A stretch of 64,000 nucleotides of DNA, taken from positions 284,223-348,222 of the IMG/VR virus record IMGVR_UViG_3300023257_000007; one strand, written 5' to 3'. Shown in pieces: positions 20,990 to 31,816 of this stretch (its first letter is position 1; the number at the start of each line of letters is the position of its first letter). The notes under the pieces are model-generated. The model was not told the origin of the DNA and ran no database searches. It saw nothing but the letters and a program-made list of their open reading frames with translations. A program made the translations under genes and the position numbers.

Positions 20990-22186
20990 TTAATTTGAAC
21001 CAATAGTTATTAATTCTGGATGAACAGCACACCCTCTATCCCATTTAAATTCTGGGACTACTTTTTTTAATATATTATATGATGCGTTTAAATCAGCATT
21101 TATTAATATGTTTTCTTTACTTTTAAACATACCCCTTGAAACCCTTTTACCACAATATTCTTTATGTTTTTTTAATTCTTCACCATCAATAAAAGAACAT
21201 TTACTTGTGAAACTTTCTTCATTTAATTTAACATTCAAACCTTCTTTTAATGCTTTATATTCAATCATTTGAATTAATTTATAAAAAGGTATTTGAACAA
21301 AATTTTGATTATTCTTCTTACCCATATTTACATTTTGTTTCCAACTTTTATTATAACCAATAATTATTGTATTTAAATCATTTTTTAAACAAAAATCAAC
21401 CAAATATTTAGATGCATTATGTAAGTAATTATTTATTTTATTATTTCTTTTTTCAGTTAATAAATATAACCTTTTACTTATAAAAGTTTTCTTTGGTAAT
21501 TTTGATTGTAATTTAGACAACTTTTTATTATAATATTGATTAATTGATTTTAATGGTCTACCGTTAATGATTATAGGTTTTACAACCTTTTCATTTGAAG
21601 TTATAGCCATTAAATTATTTACACCTAAATCAACACTACAATATTTACTATTGTCTAACTTTAAAGGTTTTTCATCATATTTATATACTATATTTATTTT
21701 ATATTTTTTTGTTTTAAGTGGTTTTACCTGAACCTCAATTATTTTTTTACTTTTATTTTGAAATGGTAATTTAATACCTGTTTTATATAATTCTATATAA
21801 CCTTCCTTTTCAAGATTTTTAGTTTTTACAGCATTATCCACCAAAATGGCTGTAAATTTACTATTTTTAGGTAAATATTTAGGTAAATTTGGTTTACCAG
21901 TAAATCTATTTGGATTCTTTTTCCATTCTTTCATAGCGTTAAAAAAACTTTTCCAATTTGCATTAAGTATTCTTAGTGTTGGTCTAGCAATTCTAGATAA
22001 TAAATCTTTATATTCTACGTGATCTTTCATAATGGTATACATATCATATACTGTAATATAATTACCATGATTAATAAATTCCTGTCTGATAATGTAGTTA
22101 GCTTTATTGTAAAGATTTTTGGTTTTAACACAAATATCGTTTAAATTATTGTTATTTTTAATTATATGTGATTCAATTAAATACAA
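20990..22186 (-). mobile_element. tnpB: TnpB RNA-guided endonuclease (IS200/IS605-type, no TnpA nearby)
   Basis: RuvC I SVDLGVNN, EESFTSKCS, RuvC III INADLNASYNI; N-terminal KNLYN.ANY..RQ. Confidence 0.9.
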
Positions 22187-22264
22187 TTTGTGTAGAAATA
22201 ATTTTTCTTTACACCTATATATTAAAAATAAAAAGTCAAGATAATATTTTTTATGGTTTTAATA

Positions 22265-22549
22265 TCATTTATTACATAAATGTACCAAACGTACTATGGT
22301 TTTAATATCATTTTTATTAAATCCGTTAATTTTAATTCTACCTCCTGTTGTTTTAAATAATAATCCGTCTCCAAATAAACCACCTTCAACTGTTATTTCA
22401 ACAATATTTTTTATTAGAATAACTGTTTCGTTTATTGATATTAAATTACCATCTCTTTTTTTATAAATCACTTCTGAATCAGTGATAGTTATGTGGTCAG
22501 GTCTTAATAAATTGCCTCCGCACCAAAATTGTGATTTGAATTTTTTCAT
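22265..22549 (-). CDS. bacterial PH-domain-like protein
   Basis: 94 aa beta-rich: IxITxxxVxYxK...IxxIxVExGLFG. Confidence 0.45.
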   Translation of the reverse strand: MKKFKSQFWCGGNLLRPDHITITDSEVIYKKRDGNLISINETVILIKNIVEITVEGGLFGDGLLFKTTGGRIKINGFNKNDIKTIVRLVHLCNK

Positions 22550-22557
22550 ACTTAATT

Positions 22558-23142
22558 TTAATTTAATTTTATTATATTATTTTTATTTTTCTTTTTTTCT
22601 TTTCCAATATAAATTGTGGTATCTTCACCCGCAATTTCATTAATAACTTTTGTTTCTGAAATTATTAATTTAACACCATCTGACTTTTCTGGATTCTTAT
22701 ATTCTTTTGTAATTATTTCATCAGGTTTTGTCTCAACTTCAGGATTAGTATAACTTATACCACCATTGTCTCCAATTCCAAAATGGTCAAAAGTTTCATA
22801 ATGATTCCATGTTGTATTTTTAGTAAATATACTATCAAACTCATGTATATTTACTTCAGTATATTCTTGTATGTGATTTTCACCATCATACTTATAATTT
22901 ACAATAACAATCTCTTTTGTCTTATTATATTCAATTACTGGATATATTTGAGATGTTTCTGTTTTCCAATCAATCAAAAGACCTACAACTGATGAAGCAA
23001 AAATAACACAAAGAAAAGCAAACATAAATCCAGCTCCAACCGAAAAATCATTGTAATAATTTTTCTTCTTCCACGTTGTAAAAATTGAACATATTAATAA
23101 TATAAAGGCAATACTACTTGCAACAATCAACAGTGTACTCAT
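22558..23142 (-). CDS. two-TM membrane protein, paralog array member
   Basis: Two TM helices, IYP motif, ends NIIKLN. Confidence 0.8.
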   Translation of the reverse strand: MSTLLIVASSIAFILLICSIFTTWKKKNYYNDFSVGAGFMFAFLCVIFASSVVGLLIDWKTETSQIYPVIEYNKTKEIVIVNYKYDGENHIQEYTEVNIHEFDSIFTKNTTWNHYETFDHFGIGDNGGISYTNPEVETKPDEIITKEYKNPEKSDGVKLIISETKVINEIAGEDTTIYIGKEKKKNKNNIIKLN

Positions 23143-23144
23143 AA

Positions 23145-23676
23145 TTAATTTAATTTTATAATGTTAAACTTCTTTTTCTCTTTTTTTGTTTCTTCCTTCT
23201 TTTTCTCTTTAGGTTTTTCCTTAGGTTCTTCTTTTTTATATGATATCTCTCTGATTTTTGTTGAATCAACTATTTCAGGTGTCTCAAATTTTAAATTATG
23301 TTCTATAATTTTACCAAAATGATTTATTTCTTCTTTCACATAAAATACAGTATTCTCATTAAAATTAGTTTCAAACTCTTTATTTGTATATTTCTTTGCA
23401 AATGTTGTTGTCCAATTACTTAATTTATAATCATAAGTTGCTTTAACAACAAGAGTTTCTTCATTGTAAATAATATCAGGATAAGCATCAATATCATTTC
23501 TTTTCCATCCAGTAAAATAACCAATTAAAAATGTTGCAATAATAACAACTATAAACCACACACAAACAAGTACCAGTACTCCACTCATGATAACCACCAT
23601 CATCCCATGGTGTAAAAATCATAAATATTAAAAGTATTAAGGCTATACTTCCACCAATCCATATTAATAAACTCAT
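23145..23676 (-). pseudogene. two-TM paralog frameshifted at a (TG)4 tract
   Basis: ORFs 23494-23676 and 23145-23603 join into one paralog (..STGTCLCVWFIVV..) if the tract at 23557-23564 gains one unit. Confidence 0.7.
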
Positions 23677-23678
23677 AT

Positions 23679-24179
23679 CTAATTTATTTTTATAATATTT
23701 TTTTTATCTGTAATTTTTACAGTATCTTTCTCTTCTTTTATATTGTTAATTGAACGCAATAAATCTTTTTCTTCTTTTATATTTGAATAATTTTTATATT
23801 CGTAATCACTTTTCTGTTGAAATGTAACTTTTATATCCTTTTTATGTCCAAATAAATTTTTATCAAAAACAATATACCATTGTATATCATTTGTTAATTT
23901 ATCATATTTAATATTAACACCATCTTCATAATCTTTACCATCATATTGATAAATGGCAGTTACTTGATAATTCGTTTTATTGTGTCTTATTTTAGGATAT
24001 ATCTGGTGTGTTTCATTGCTATAACTTATAGAAGCGTAAAACCAAAATATAATTGAACAAATTAAAGTACAAATCAATGCACCATACCAATGTTCAGTTG
24101 CTTTACCAATCCATCCAAATATTAAACCTAATATACAAGCCGAACATATACATATCATAACTATTACACTTACACTCAT
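23679..24179 (-). CDS. two-TM membrane protein, paralog array member
   Basis: IYP motif, ends NIIKIN. Confidence 0.8.
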   Translation of the reverse strand: MSVSVIVMICICSACILGLIFGWIGKATEHWYGALICTLICSIIFWFYASISYSNETHQIYPKIRHNKTNYQVTAIYQYDGKDYEDGVNIKYDKLTNDIQWYIVFDKNLFGHKKDIKVTFQQKSDYEYKNYSNIKEEKDLLRSINNIKEEKDTVKITDKKNIIKIN

Positions 24180-24180
24180 A

Positions 24181-24666
24181 TTACAATTCTATTAAATTAC
24201 TTTTTATTTTTTCTTTTATTTCAGGGTCTTTTTTCTTTTCTTCTGTTTTTTCTTCTGTTTTCTTAGAATAATCAACGCTTTTAACTATATTTTTAGGTTT
24301 TTTAAATACTATTGTAGATTTATTAAGTTTATAACCATAAAAATTCATATTATATTCAACATACCACTCTAAACCAGGTTTAAGATCATTGAAATTAACA
24401 TTAATCTTTTCTGTTTTTTCTTCACCTTTATATTCATAAATAGCATAAACAATTTGATTATTTTCATCATAATCTATTCTAGGATAGATTCTTTCAGATA
24501 CTTTATCAAACACATTACCCATAAATATAAATATGATAACAAATGAAATAACACCAATAATAAGACTCGGTACTCCAAGACCGACCAAATCTTTTTTTAT
24601 CGAATAAATAAATCCCAATAAACATAATGGGAATATAAATAAATTTATTAAAGCAATTATACTCAT
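24181..24666 (-). CDS. two-TM membrane protein, paralog array member
   Basis: IYP motif, ends NLIEL. Confidence 0.8.
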   Translation of the reverse strand: MSIIALINLFIFPLCLLGFIYSIKKDLVGLGVPSLIIGVISFVIIFIFMGNVFDKVSERIYPRIDYDENNQIVYAIYEYKGEEKTEKINVNFNDLKPGLEWYVEYNMNFYGYKLNKSTIVFKKPKNIVKSVDYSKKTEEKTEEKKKDPEIKEKIKSNLIEL

Positions 24667-24667
24667 T

Positions 24668-25318
24668 TTAGTTAAATATTTTATTAATTAATTTTTTGGC
24701 AATATCATCTTTGCCATTACATTTCACATAATTTTTCTCTGTATCAATAATATAAGCAATATGTTCTTTTGCTATTTGCATTTCTAATTTATCATTAGCA
24801 ATAACAAAATCACTATTGTTTCTAGTCATTGATTCATAAGCAATGTCAATCAAATTATTCAAAGATTGACCAACTTCAAACTTAAAACTAACAAGTTTAA
24901 TTTCTGGATTCCACTTCTTAATATAAGAAATAACTTTGGGATTCTTTTTAATTCTTGATCTTAAAGAATCAATAAAGGCTTGTGGACTATCGCTTTTTAA
25001 TTTTTCATTTAAAGATTCAAAACCAAAATCACTAATAGCCATTGAATGAATCACCACATCCATTTTTGGTATTAATTTTTCCATTTCTTCCATAACTTCT
25101 TCAACAGAGTCAGCATATATTATATTGCCTTTGTAGAATATTTCAGGAATTACTGAATATTTAGAGCATAAATAATAACAATCTTGAATTTTGACTGATT
25201 TACTCATGAGCAAATTGTCAGCAATCTTTGCTCCTAATTTACCTGTACTAATATTAGTTAATACTCTTACATCATCTAAATATTCTCTAGTTCCACCCGC
25301 TGTAATTAAAATCTTCAT
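24668..25318 (-). CDS. coaB: phosphopantothenate-cysteine ligase
   Basis: ILITAGGTRE.LD.VR.LTN.STGKLG, HSMAISDF, FKFE, VIAND. Confidence 0.9.
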   Translation of the reverse strand: MKILITAGGTREYLDDVRVLTNISTGKLGAKIADNLLMSKSVKIQDCYYLCSKYSVIPEIFYKGNIIYADSVEEVMEEMEKLIPKMDVVIHSMAISDFGFESLNEKLKSDSPQAFIDSLRSRIKKNPKVISYIKKWNPEIKLVSFKFEVGQSLNNLIDIAYESMTRNNSDFVIANDKLEMQIAKEHIAYIIDTEKNYVKCNGKDDIAKKLINKIFN

Positions 25319-25329
25319 ATTTTTATATT

Positions 25330-25921
25330 TTATATTTTGTCATAAATTATTATATCTACACTATTAACATAACTACTTTCTTTCTTTGAAGCAAACACTT
25401 TAATGTCTATCAATCTTCTTTCTTTACACCATATATCTAACCATTCATTGACTTGATTTTTTATATCCCATCTTCCAATAGATAGTAAAGTGTCTATTCT
25501 TTTAGTTTCTTCTATACTATTTAAACTCATATTATATCATATATTATTAGTATATCTTTATCCCATTCACTACCTTTAGATAATGTAATTTTTATATCAA
25601 TAATTTTATATTTTTCTTTATTCTCATTGATCCACTCATTAATTCTTGTTTGAACTTGAGTTTGTCTAATATCATATAAAAACTTAACCTGTAATGTTTC
25701 TTCTGTTTTATTTAAACTCATATTATATCATATATTATTAGTATATCTTTTCTAAACTCATATTCTTCATCAGAAGACGATGCAATTATATTTATATCTA
25801 TAATTTTATAATTAGATTTATTTTTCTCAATCCAATTGTTTATTTTCTTTGATACCTTTTTTTGTTTAATATCATATAAATAATGGACTCTCTTTGTTTC
25901 GTCTATTTTATTTAGGTTCAT
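25330..25921 (-). other. three tandem paralogs of about 65 aa (25330-25530, 25527-25721, 25718-25921)
   Basis: Shared MSLN..EET...INEW...IIDIK...ILIIYD pattern. Confidence 0.8.
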
Positions 25922-26024
25922 AAATTATCAGTATTGATTTGTAAGAACTAGAATAACTACCACCAGTAGAATTTGATATTATTTTAATATTTATTAATTC
26001 AATATCCTCATTTTCCTTTAACCA
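25908..26024 (-). pseudogene. 3' half of a fourth small paralog, fused out of frame to coaC
   Basis: Startless frame WLKENEDIELINIKIIS...SILIIYEPK* matches the three downstream paralogs. Confidence 0.75.
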
Positions 26025-26478
26025 TTAAACCTTTAACAGGTGATATAATATGTGTATTATCCATAGATGCGACCAATCCTTCATTGAATTGATATTGAAC
26101 ACTTTCATACATTTTAGTATTCATTGCAGGACATATAATTCTAGGAGTTTCTTTTGGAAGAGCGATAAATGTACTAGTCACGAAATCATCAGCGATTCCA
26201 TGTGCAAATTTAGCCATAATATTAGCAGTTGCTGGTACACAGATAAAAGCATCACAATTTTGTGCTTCCACAATATGTGATACTATATTTGGATCATCAT
26301 TCGTAATATAATTACCTGATATAGTTCCTATAACTGTGGGAGTTATAAAATTTAGAGCATTTTTAGTTGTCATAACTCTAACAATATAACCAGAGGCTTT
26401 TAAACCTGAAATAACATCAGCAACTTTATAGGCTGATATACCACCACTAATGGCTATTAATATTGTTTTTGTGTTCAT
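26008..26478 (-). pseudogene. coaC: phosphopantothenoylcysteine decarboxylase, C-terminally truncated
   Basis: SGGISAYK, PATAN.MAK.A.GIADD, PAMN.KM; ends PVKGLMVKGK where the ACG motif with the catalytic Cys is expected. Confidence 0.8.
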
Positions 26479-26641
26479 TTATAAGTTCTTTATGCGATTT
26501 AATTTCAAAATAATCATCGAGAAATTTAATCAATTCTTTATATTATATTTTTCATCACCACTACTACTATATACTGTGAAAGATTTAACCGTAGATAAAT
26601 TAAGTCTTTTGTTCTTTACTTTTATCCAAAGATCTTGTTTA

Positions 26642-27145
26642 TTATTCATATTCTTCTATTGCCTCCTCAACTGTTCTTACATCAAAATATTTATTTAGGA
26701 AATCAACGAATTTCTTTCTATCATCTTCATTTCCAAACCAACAATCATGACATTCTTTTTCATAATCATAGAGTTCAATACAAAATGGCCCACTACCATA
26801 TTTTTTAAAGTATCTAATATTCTTTAAATTTATAGTATGCCCATTTTCCCCCTTCTCATTTAATTTAATCCAATAATCTTGTTCATTTAACGACATATCT
26901 TACATTTTAGGGTAAATAAATTCTTTTCTAACTTTAGTCTCTATAGTTACATAATTATCAGACAATTCAACAATTCTACCATCCATTCCATCTGAAAGTT
27001 GATTAAATTTAACATCATCACCTTTTCTCATACATTTTCTATATTTTCGAGCAATTCTCTCTTTTTTAACTGATTTTATAATTCTATAAAATATATAACC
27101 TATAATACAAATTATACCTATTGCAAATAATATTTTTATTGTCAT
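26642..27145 (-). other. two small hypothetical genes (26642-26896; 26900-27145, single-TM, YajC-like layout)
   Basis: ORF track; the second has a TM helix followed by KGDDV...GRIVEL..VTIE. Confidence 0.6.
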
Positions 27146-27300
27146 AATAATCCTAAATCTTTTCCATTAAGATAATCAGCTAATCTTTCTTTTAATATAT
27201 CGGCCAATTCATCTTCTGTTAATATTTCTCTTAATTTACTCATGATAATATCGTAATTTAATGGTTCATCAATACTACAAAAATCTTCATCATTACTCAT
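27142..27300 (-). CDS. 52-aa protein with GL-type tail (not in ORF track)
   Basis: MSNDEDF...YLNGKDLGLL*. Confidence 0.65.
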   Translation of the reverse strand: MSNDEDFCSIDEPLNYDIIMSKLREILTEDELADILKERLADYLNGKDLGLL

Positions 27301-27416
27301 TTATTCATTTATTTTTTAATCAACTGTAATATACAAAAAAATTTTAAATAAAAAAACGTGTTATAAAAATTAAGAAGTTTATTTTAATATATATTTCAAA
27401 AGATCTTAATAGTTTA

Positions 27417-27452
27417 ATGAAAAATTACGAACAATTTATTAAAGAAATATAA
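27417..27452 (+). other. stand-alone leader mini-ORF MKNYEQFIKEI
   Basis: Follows TTAATATATA at 27384; sequence matches the leader consensus. Confidence 0.45.
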
Positions 27453-27456
27453 AATA

Positions 27457-27858
27457 ATGAAACATTTAAAAACATATGAAAATATAAAAGATTTTGACAA
27501 AAATAAAGAAGATCTAATAAAAATGACAGTTAAATATCGAAATGAAATTGCTGATAAAATTTATAGTCTTGAAAAATATACCAAATCTAGAATAATAGAA
27601 ATACCATTTAATTCTCATCCTAAATATGATTTAATAAGAATTGAATGGTGTGATGTTGAAAAGATGACAAGTTTTGATATTGATATTGATATTTGTGCTG
27701 TTGGTGAAGGTTTAAACCACCTTGTTTTTTGGTTAAACCAAGGAAAAATTACTAAATCTCGTAATTTTAATAAGAAAGTTTACGATGAAATTATAAAAAC
27801 TATAATGGACGATAATTTAGAACAATATTTAATATCAAATAGAATGGGATTATTATGA
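27457..27858 (+). CDS. hypothetical protein with leader and tail
   Basis: MKHLKTYEN... ends SNRMGLL. Confidence 0.8.
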   Translation: MKHLKTYENIKDFDKNKEDLIKMTVKYRNEIADKIYSLEKYTKSRIIEIPFNSHPKYDLIRIEWCDVEKMTSFDIDIDICAVGEGLNHLVFWLNQGKITKSRNFNKKVYDEIIKTIMDDNLEQYLISNRMGLL

Positions 27859-27859
27859 T

Positions 27860-28342
27860 TTATAATAAACCCATTTTTCTAGCTTCAAGTTTTTCTTCAA
27901 TATCAAAATCAGGATCGAATAAAATATCATATATTTTCAATATTAGATACTTCTGAATTTTATGTCCAAAATCATCTATATTATACTCATCATCACCTAT
28001 TTCATTCACAATTGATATGTGCCATAATTCTTTGATTTCAAAATCATCTTGTTTTTGTCCCATATAATGTTCATTTTTCCAAAATAAAATATATTTTATA
28101 TCCTTATTAAATCCTTCTTCTTCTAATTTAAATGGTTTTATTGGAATAAATACTTCGTAATCATTACCTTTTTTAATATGATATTTTGTGAATATTTTAG
28201 TAGCTTTATTGTAAAGTTTTTCTAATCAATCTTCAACAAGATCAATCATCTCTTTTTCACTTTTTTTCAATTTCTCCTTAGCATCTGCAACAATACTAAT
28301 ATATTCATCATATTTCTTTAATTTATTTCTTAATTCACTCAT
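27860..28342 (-). pseudogene. leader- and tail-bearing gene with one in-frame TGA
   Basis: MSELRNKLKKYDEYI...VED*LEKL...ARKMGLL; TGA at 28226-28228, 161 codons in one frame. Confidence 0.7.
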
Positions 28343-28358
28343 ATTATTATTTATTAAA

Positions 28359-28384
28359 AAAGGTTACTATTAATAGTAACCTTT
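28359..28384. terminator. perfect 26-bp palindrome, putative terminator
   Basis: aaaggttactattaatagtaaccttt. Confidence 0.55.
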
Positions 28385-28422
28385 GAAGTAAAGTCTTTAT
28401 GACTTGGCTTTAATCACCACGA

Positions 28423-28812
28423 TTAAAGGGTGTCTTTTTCCCAAGGAAGAACAGGATCTACCTTAATTGAATCTGGGATAATATCAAATGCTTTTACTAT
28501 ATTTTTCATAACTGAAGTAGATTCTTTATCATCATATGCTCTAAAATTAAAAGCATAAAATGTAGCTTGTCCTTCTTTTACTGTATCATTTACTTCACTA
28601 AGGTCTTGCCAATCAAAATTATCATTTTTAATATCATAATAATTTAATAATTTTTTAAGATTCTTAGTATTTTCCTCTTGTGAAGTAGTAATATTATTCA
28701 CCACAAAATTTACTTTATATAAATCACCACCGTCACCATCATTTTGACGAAATCCTATTTTACTACCGGGACCTTTATATTCATTTATAAAATCATTAAA
28801 TGTTGTTTTCAT
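28423..28812 (-). CDS. hypothetical protein with leader
   Basis: Starts MKTTFNDFINE. Confidence 0.8.
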   Translation of the reverse strand: MKTTFNDFINEYKGPGSKIGFRQNDGDGGDLYKVNFVVNNITTSQEENTKNLKKLLNYYDIKNDNFDWQDLSEVNDTVKEGQATFYAFNFRAYDDKESTSVMKNIVKAFDIIPDSIKVDPVLPWEKDTL

Positions 28813-28829
28813 TTTAATTGTTTAATTTT

Positions 28830-29054
28830 TTATGATTCAAATTTACATTTTACACCAAAAGGTTTAGCAATTTTTTTATATTTGTTTATTGTTTCTTCAT
28901 CACCAGAAATCATAAATATAACTTTTGAACTATCATCTTTTTCTAGGTTTTTATTATTATATTTTTTTTGTATTTCTTTTTTAAATCCAGATAAATCACC
29001 ATCTGTACAAACAAGGAAATCTTCATTTATAAAATCATTAAATGTTGTTTTCAT
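28830..29054 (-). CDS. hypothetical protein with an identical leader
   Basis: Starts MKTTFNDFINE; 38 nt identical to the start region of 28423. Confidence 0.75.
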   Translation of the reverse strand: MKTTFNDFINEDFLVCTDGDLSGFKKEIQKKYNNKNLEKDDSSKVIFMISGDEETINKYKKIAKPFGVKCKFES

Positions 29055-29088
29055 TTTAAATTGTATATTTTATCTATATATTGAATTT

Positions 29089-29862
29089 TTAAATTAGAAA
29101 TTCTTTATAAGATTTTATTTCATGAGTTGGAATAGTTGGACTTAATGTAGGTCTCTTTCTCTCTTTATTTTCTTTAGGTTCAACAGAATTATAAAAAAAT
29201 ACACTTAATCTATGTCTAATAAAATCTTTAGCATTTGATAATTTATCTGTTTCTCTATAATCACTAAAATCATCTTCAAGAGAATCAACATCAGATTTTT
29301 TCTTATATGTCATATCTGAATAATCATATAAATAATCATATTCAGGTAAAAATTTTATTTCAATATCTTTAGTAAATTCACCATTAATTTTGAAAACATT
29401 CATTTTATCATTCAAATCCATCAACTTTTCATAATCTTCCTTCTTTTTATTCCTATTAGTATAATATAAAACTAATGTACCATCAGTCATTGTAGATTTT
29501 TTACTATCATATTGCAATTTAATACCTTTATCTTTTAACCAAGCTTCTATAACTTCTGTTTCTAAAGGTTCAATAGCAACATCATAAAACAAATCATCAA
29601 TATTTTTTGATGTAACTTCACTATATGTCATTAATATTTCATCCTTTAAATCATTAATGAAATTCTTATATTTATCTTTTTGTTCTTTACTCCAATTTAT
29701 TAAAGGTTTTTCTTTCATAGGGTTAAATTTTTTATGTAATTTATACATTAAATTATTCCATTTACCATAAAGATTCTTAGAACCTAAAACTCTTAGGTCA
29801 CCATTCTTATAAAATTTTCTAAAATCTGTTTTCTCTGAATAATTTTCAAATCTGTAAATCAT
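29089..29862 (-). CDS. hypothetical protein
   Basis: Starts MIYRFENYSE; ends with leader-like IKSYKEFLI. Confidence 0.8.
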   Translation of the reverse strand: MIYRFENYSEKTDFRKFYKNGDLRVLGSKNLYGKWNNLMYKLHKKFNPMKEKPLINWSKEQKDKYKNFINDLKDEILMTYSEVTSKNIDDLFYDVAIEPLETEVIEAWLKDKGIKLQYDSKKSTMTDGTLVLYYTNRNKKKEDYEKLMDLNDKMNVFKINGEFTKDIEIKFLPEYDYLYDYSDMTYKKKSDVDSLEDDFSDYRETDKLSNAKDFIRHRLSVFFYNSVEPKENKERKRPTLSPTIPTHEIKSYKEFLI

Positions 29863-29965
29863 GAAGCTATATATTAAATTTTTAAAGCAAATTCATTTAA
29901 TATATTAAAATTTAATATATAAAATAATCTAAACCTTTTTCTTAATTAAAATTAGTAAGTAAATA

Positions 29966-30676
29966 ATGAAAATTTGTAGTAAATGTAAAGAAGAGAAACC
30001 AAAAGAAAATTTCTATAAATGTCTGAGTTCAAAAGATGGATATACATATAACTGCAAAGATTGCAAAAGATTGTTAGGTATCGAATATAGGGAGAAGAAT
30101 AAGGAAAAATTGAAAGAGTATAAGAAAGAGTATAATAAAAAAGCTAGAAAAAATTACCCAGAAAAGCACCAAGAATGGTTAAGAAATTATAGAAAGAATA
30201 ACAAAGAAAAAGTCAATTTAAATCAAAGAGAATATAGAAAGGATAATTCAGAATTGAAGGAGAAAAGAAATATCTATATGAAAGAAAAGAAAAAGAATGA
30301 TCCTGTTTTTAAATTAAAACACAGAATTAGGATAAATATTGTAACATCAATTAAAAATGGTGGTTATGTGAAGAAAAATAAAACAGAAGAAATACTAGGA
30401 TGTTCTTTTGAAGAATTTAAAAATCATATAGAATCACAATTCAAAGAATGGATGACTTTTGAAAATCATGGTAAATATAACGGTGAATTTGAAAATGGCT
30501 GGGATTTAGATCATATAATACCACTATGTATAGCTAAAACTGAAGAAGAAACCATAAAATTAAATCATTTTACAAATTTTCAACCATTGTGTAGTAAAAT
30601 CAACAGAGATGTTAAAAAAGGTAAAATTTTAAATCTCCCTACTCATCTCATCACACTCACAAAATTTTACCAATAA
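29966..30676 (+). CDS. HNH-type homing endonuclease with N-terminal Zn finger
   Basis: CSKC...CKDC; WDLDHIIPL...NHFTNFQPL...N; inverted relative to neighbours. Confidence 0.8.
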   Translation: MKICSKCKEEKPKENFYKCLSSKDGYTYNCKDCKRLLGIEYREKNKEKLKEYKKEYNKKARKNYPEKHQEWLRNYRKNNKEKVNLNQREYRKDNSELKEKRNIYMKEKKKNDPVFKLKHRIRINIVTSIKNGGYVKKNKTEEILGCSFEEFKNHIESQFKEWMTFENHGKYNGEFENGWDLDHIIPLCIAKTEEETIKLNHFTNFQPLCSKINRDVKKGKILNLPTHLITLTKFYQ

Positions 30677-31120
30677 ATCAAAATATGGTTTATCTTCTAA
30701 AGCTTTTCTTTTAAATGGTCTTGACATCTTCTTAGAGTTATATAAGTGAATTCTCATGTGATCTTGGCAAACACCATAAACTGTTTCTTTATCAGTAGTT
30801 ATATCAGAAAACAAATCAAAATATTTATCAATATACTTTAATCCTGCTCTTTCATGCCCATAATTAGTTATCTTTCTCTTACCATTATCTAATTCAGTTA
30901 TTCTTTGAGTCTCTGGTTTACCTAAATCATGTAATATCGCACATACTAATAACTCAGGATGTTCAGGAAAATATTTTTTAGCGTGTTCAAACACTAACCT
31001 GTTATGTATATCAACCGGTCCTTCGGGGTGCCATTTTGGGTCTTGCTCACAATTAGCACACGCATCCCTTAATAATTTTGGGATTCTTTCCCATAATTCT
31101 TCAAACGTATAGTTTTTCAT
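30629..31120 (-). CDS. HD-domain phosphohydrolase (CCA-enzyme-type HD domain)
   Basis: WHPEG.V..H, LHDLGKP, GHE, H...H, final D. Confidence 0.85.
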   Translation of the reverse strand: MKNYTFEELWERIPKLLRDACANCEQDPKWHPEGPVDIHNRLVFEHAKKYFPEHPELLVCAILHDLGKPETQRITELDNGKRKITNYGHERAGLKYIDKYFDLFSDITTDKETVYGVCQDHMRIHLYNSKKMSRPFKRKALEDKPYFDLLVKFCECDEMSREI

Positions 31121-31124
31121 AGTT

Positions 31125-31805
31125 TTATAAGTTTTCTTTTAAAATTTCAATTTTATCTGGGCTTATATTATCATAAGTAAAATAACCTAATCTATAATTT
31201 GGATCAGTATGTAATATTAACCTATCTTTATTGCAATCAATTTTTAATAAAAGGTAATTTTTATCATTTAAATCAGTATTTTTAAGTTTTTTCAAAAGAT
31301 TTTGATATTCATCAACTTCATCAAATAAATATAATCTTTCTGGATGTGCGGATAATCTCTTTTTAGATTTTGGATACAAACCTTTAGATAAAATACTCTT
31401 TTTATTTTTTTGTGGTGACAAGTGATATAATATATCTGGACAAATTATTGTATTTTTATATAACCCATCATCATATTTAGATTCATATTTAATTATAACC
31501 TCTTTAGTATTTGATGGTAATTTATCAATTTCCTTAAAACTATTCTTTTTATTATCTTTAAGTATAACCCAATAATATGAAGGAAAATATCCAAGAACAT
31601 AACATTGATGATTTGCTAATTCAACAATCTCAAAATCGTTAATATGTAAAGTTAAATTAAAATCTAATTTATCTATTATTTCTAATTCATATTTAACACC
31701 TATTTGATCTAAATAAGTAGTTAAAGTTGACTTATATATGTTTATATTATGAGTTGTTATTAACCCTTCTTTTATTTTTTCTATAAAATTCTCATACGTT
31801 TTCAT
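31125..31805 (-). CDS. ADP-ribosyltransferase-fold (Tpt1/KptA-like) protein with leader
   Basis: Starts MKTYENFIE; LYHLS...ILSKGLYPK...ERLYL...TDPNY. Confidence 0.55.
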   Translation of the reverse strand: MKTYENFIEKIKEGLITTHNINIYKSTLTTYLDQIGVKYELEIIDKLDFNLTLHINDFEIVELANHQCYVLGYFPSYYWVILKDNKKNSFKEIDKLPSNTKEVIIKYESKYDDGLYKNTIICPDILYHLSPQKNKKSILSKGLYPKSKKRLSAHPERLYLFDEVDEYQNLLKKLKNTDLNDKNYLLLKIDCNKDRLILHTDPNYRLGYFTYDNISPDKIEILKENL

Positions 31806-31816
31806 AATATTAATTT

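Noticed and set aside
28226-28228. Stop-codon reassignment suggested by an in-frame TGA
   Set aside because: TGA ends many genes immediately after the conserved GLL tail (e.g. 27858, 51807, 52109), and long genes read through under code 11. A single nonsense change is simpler.
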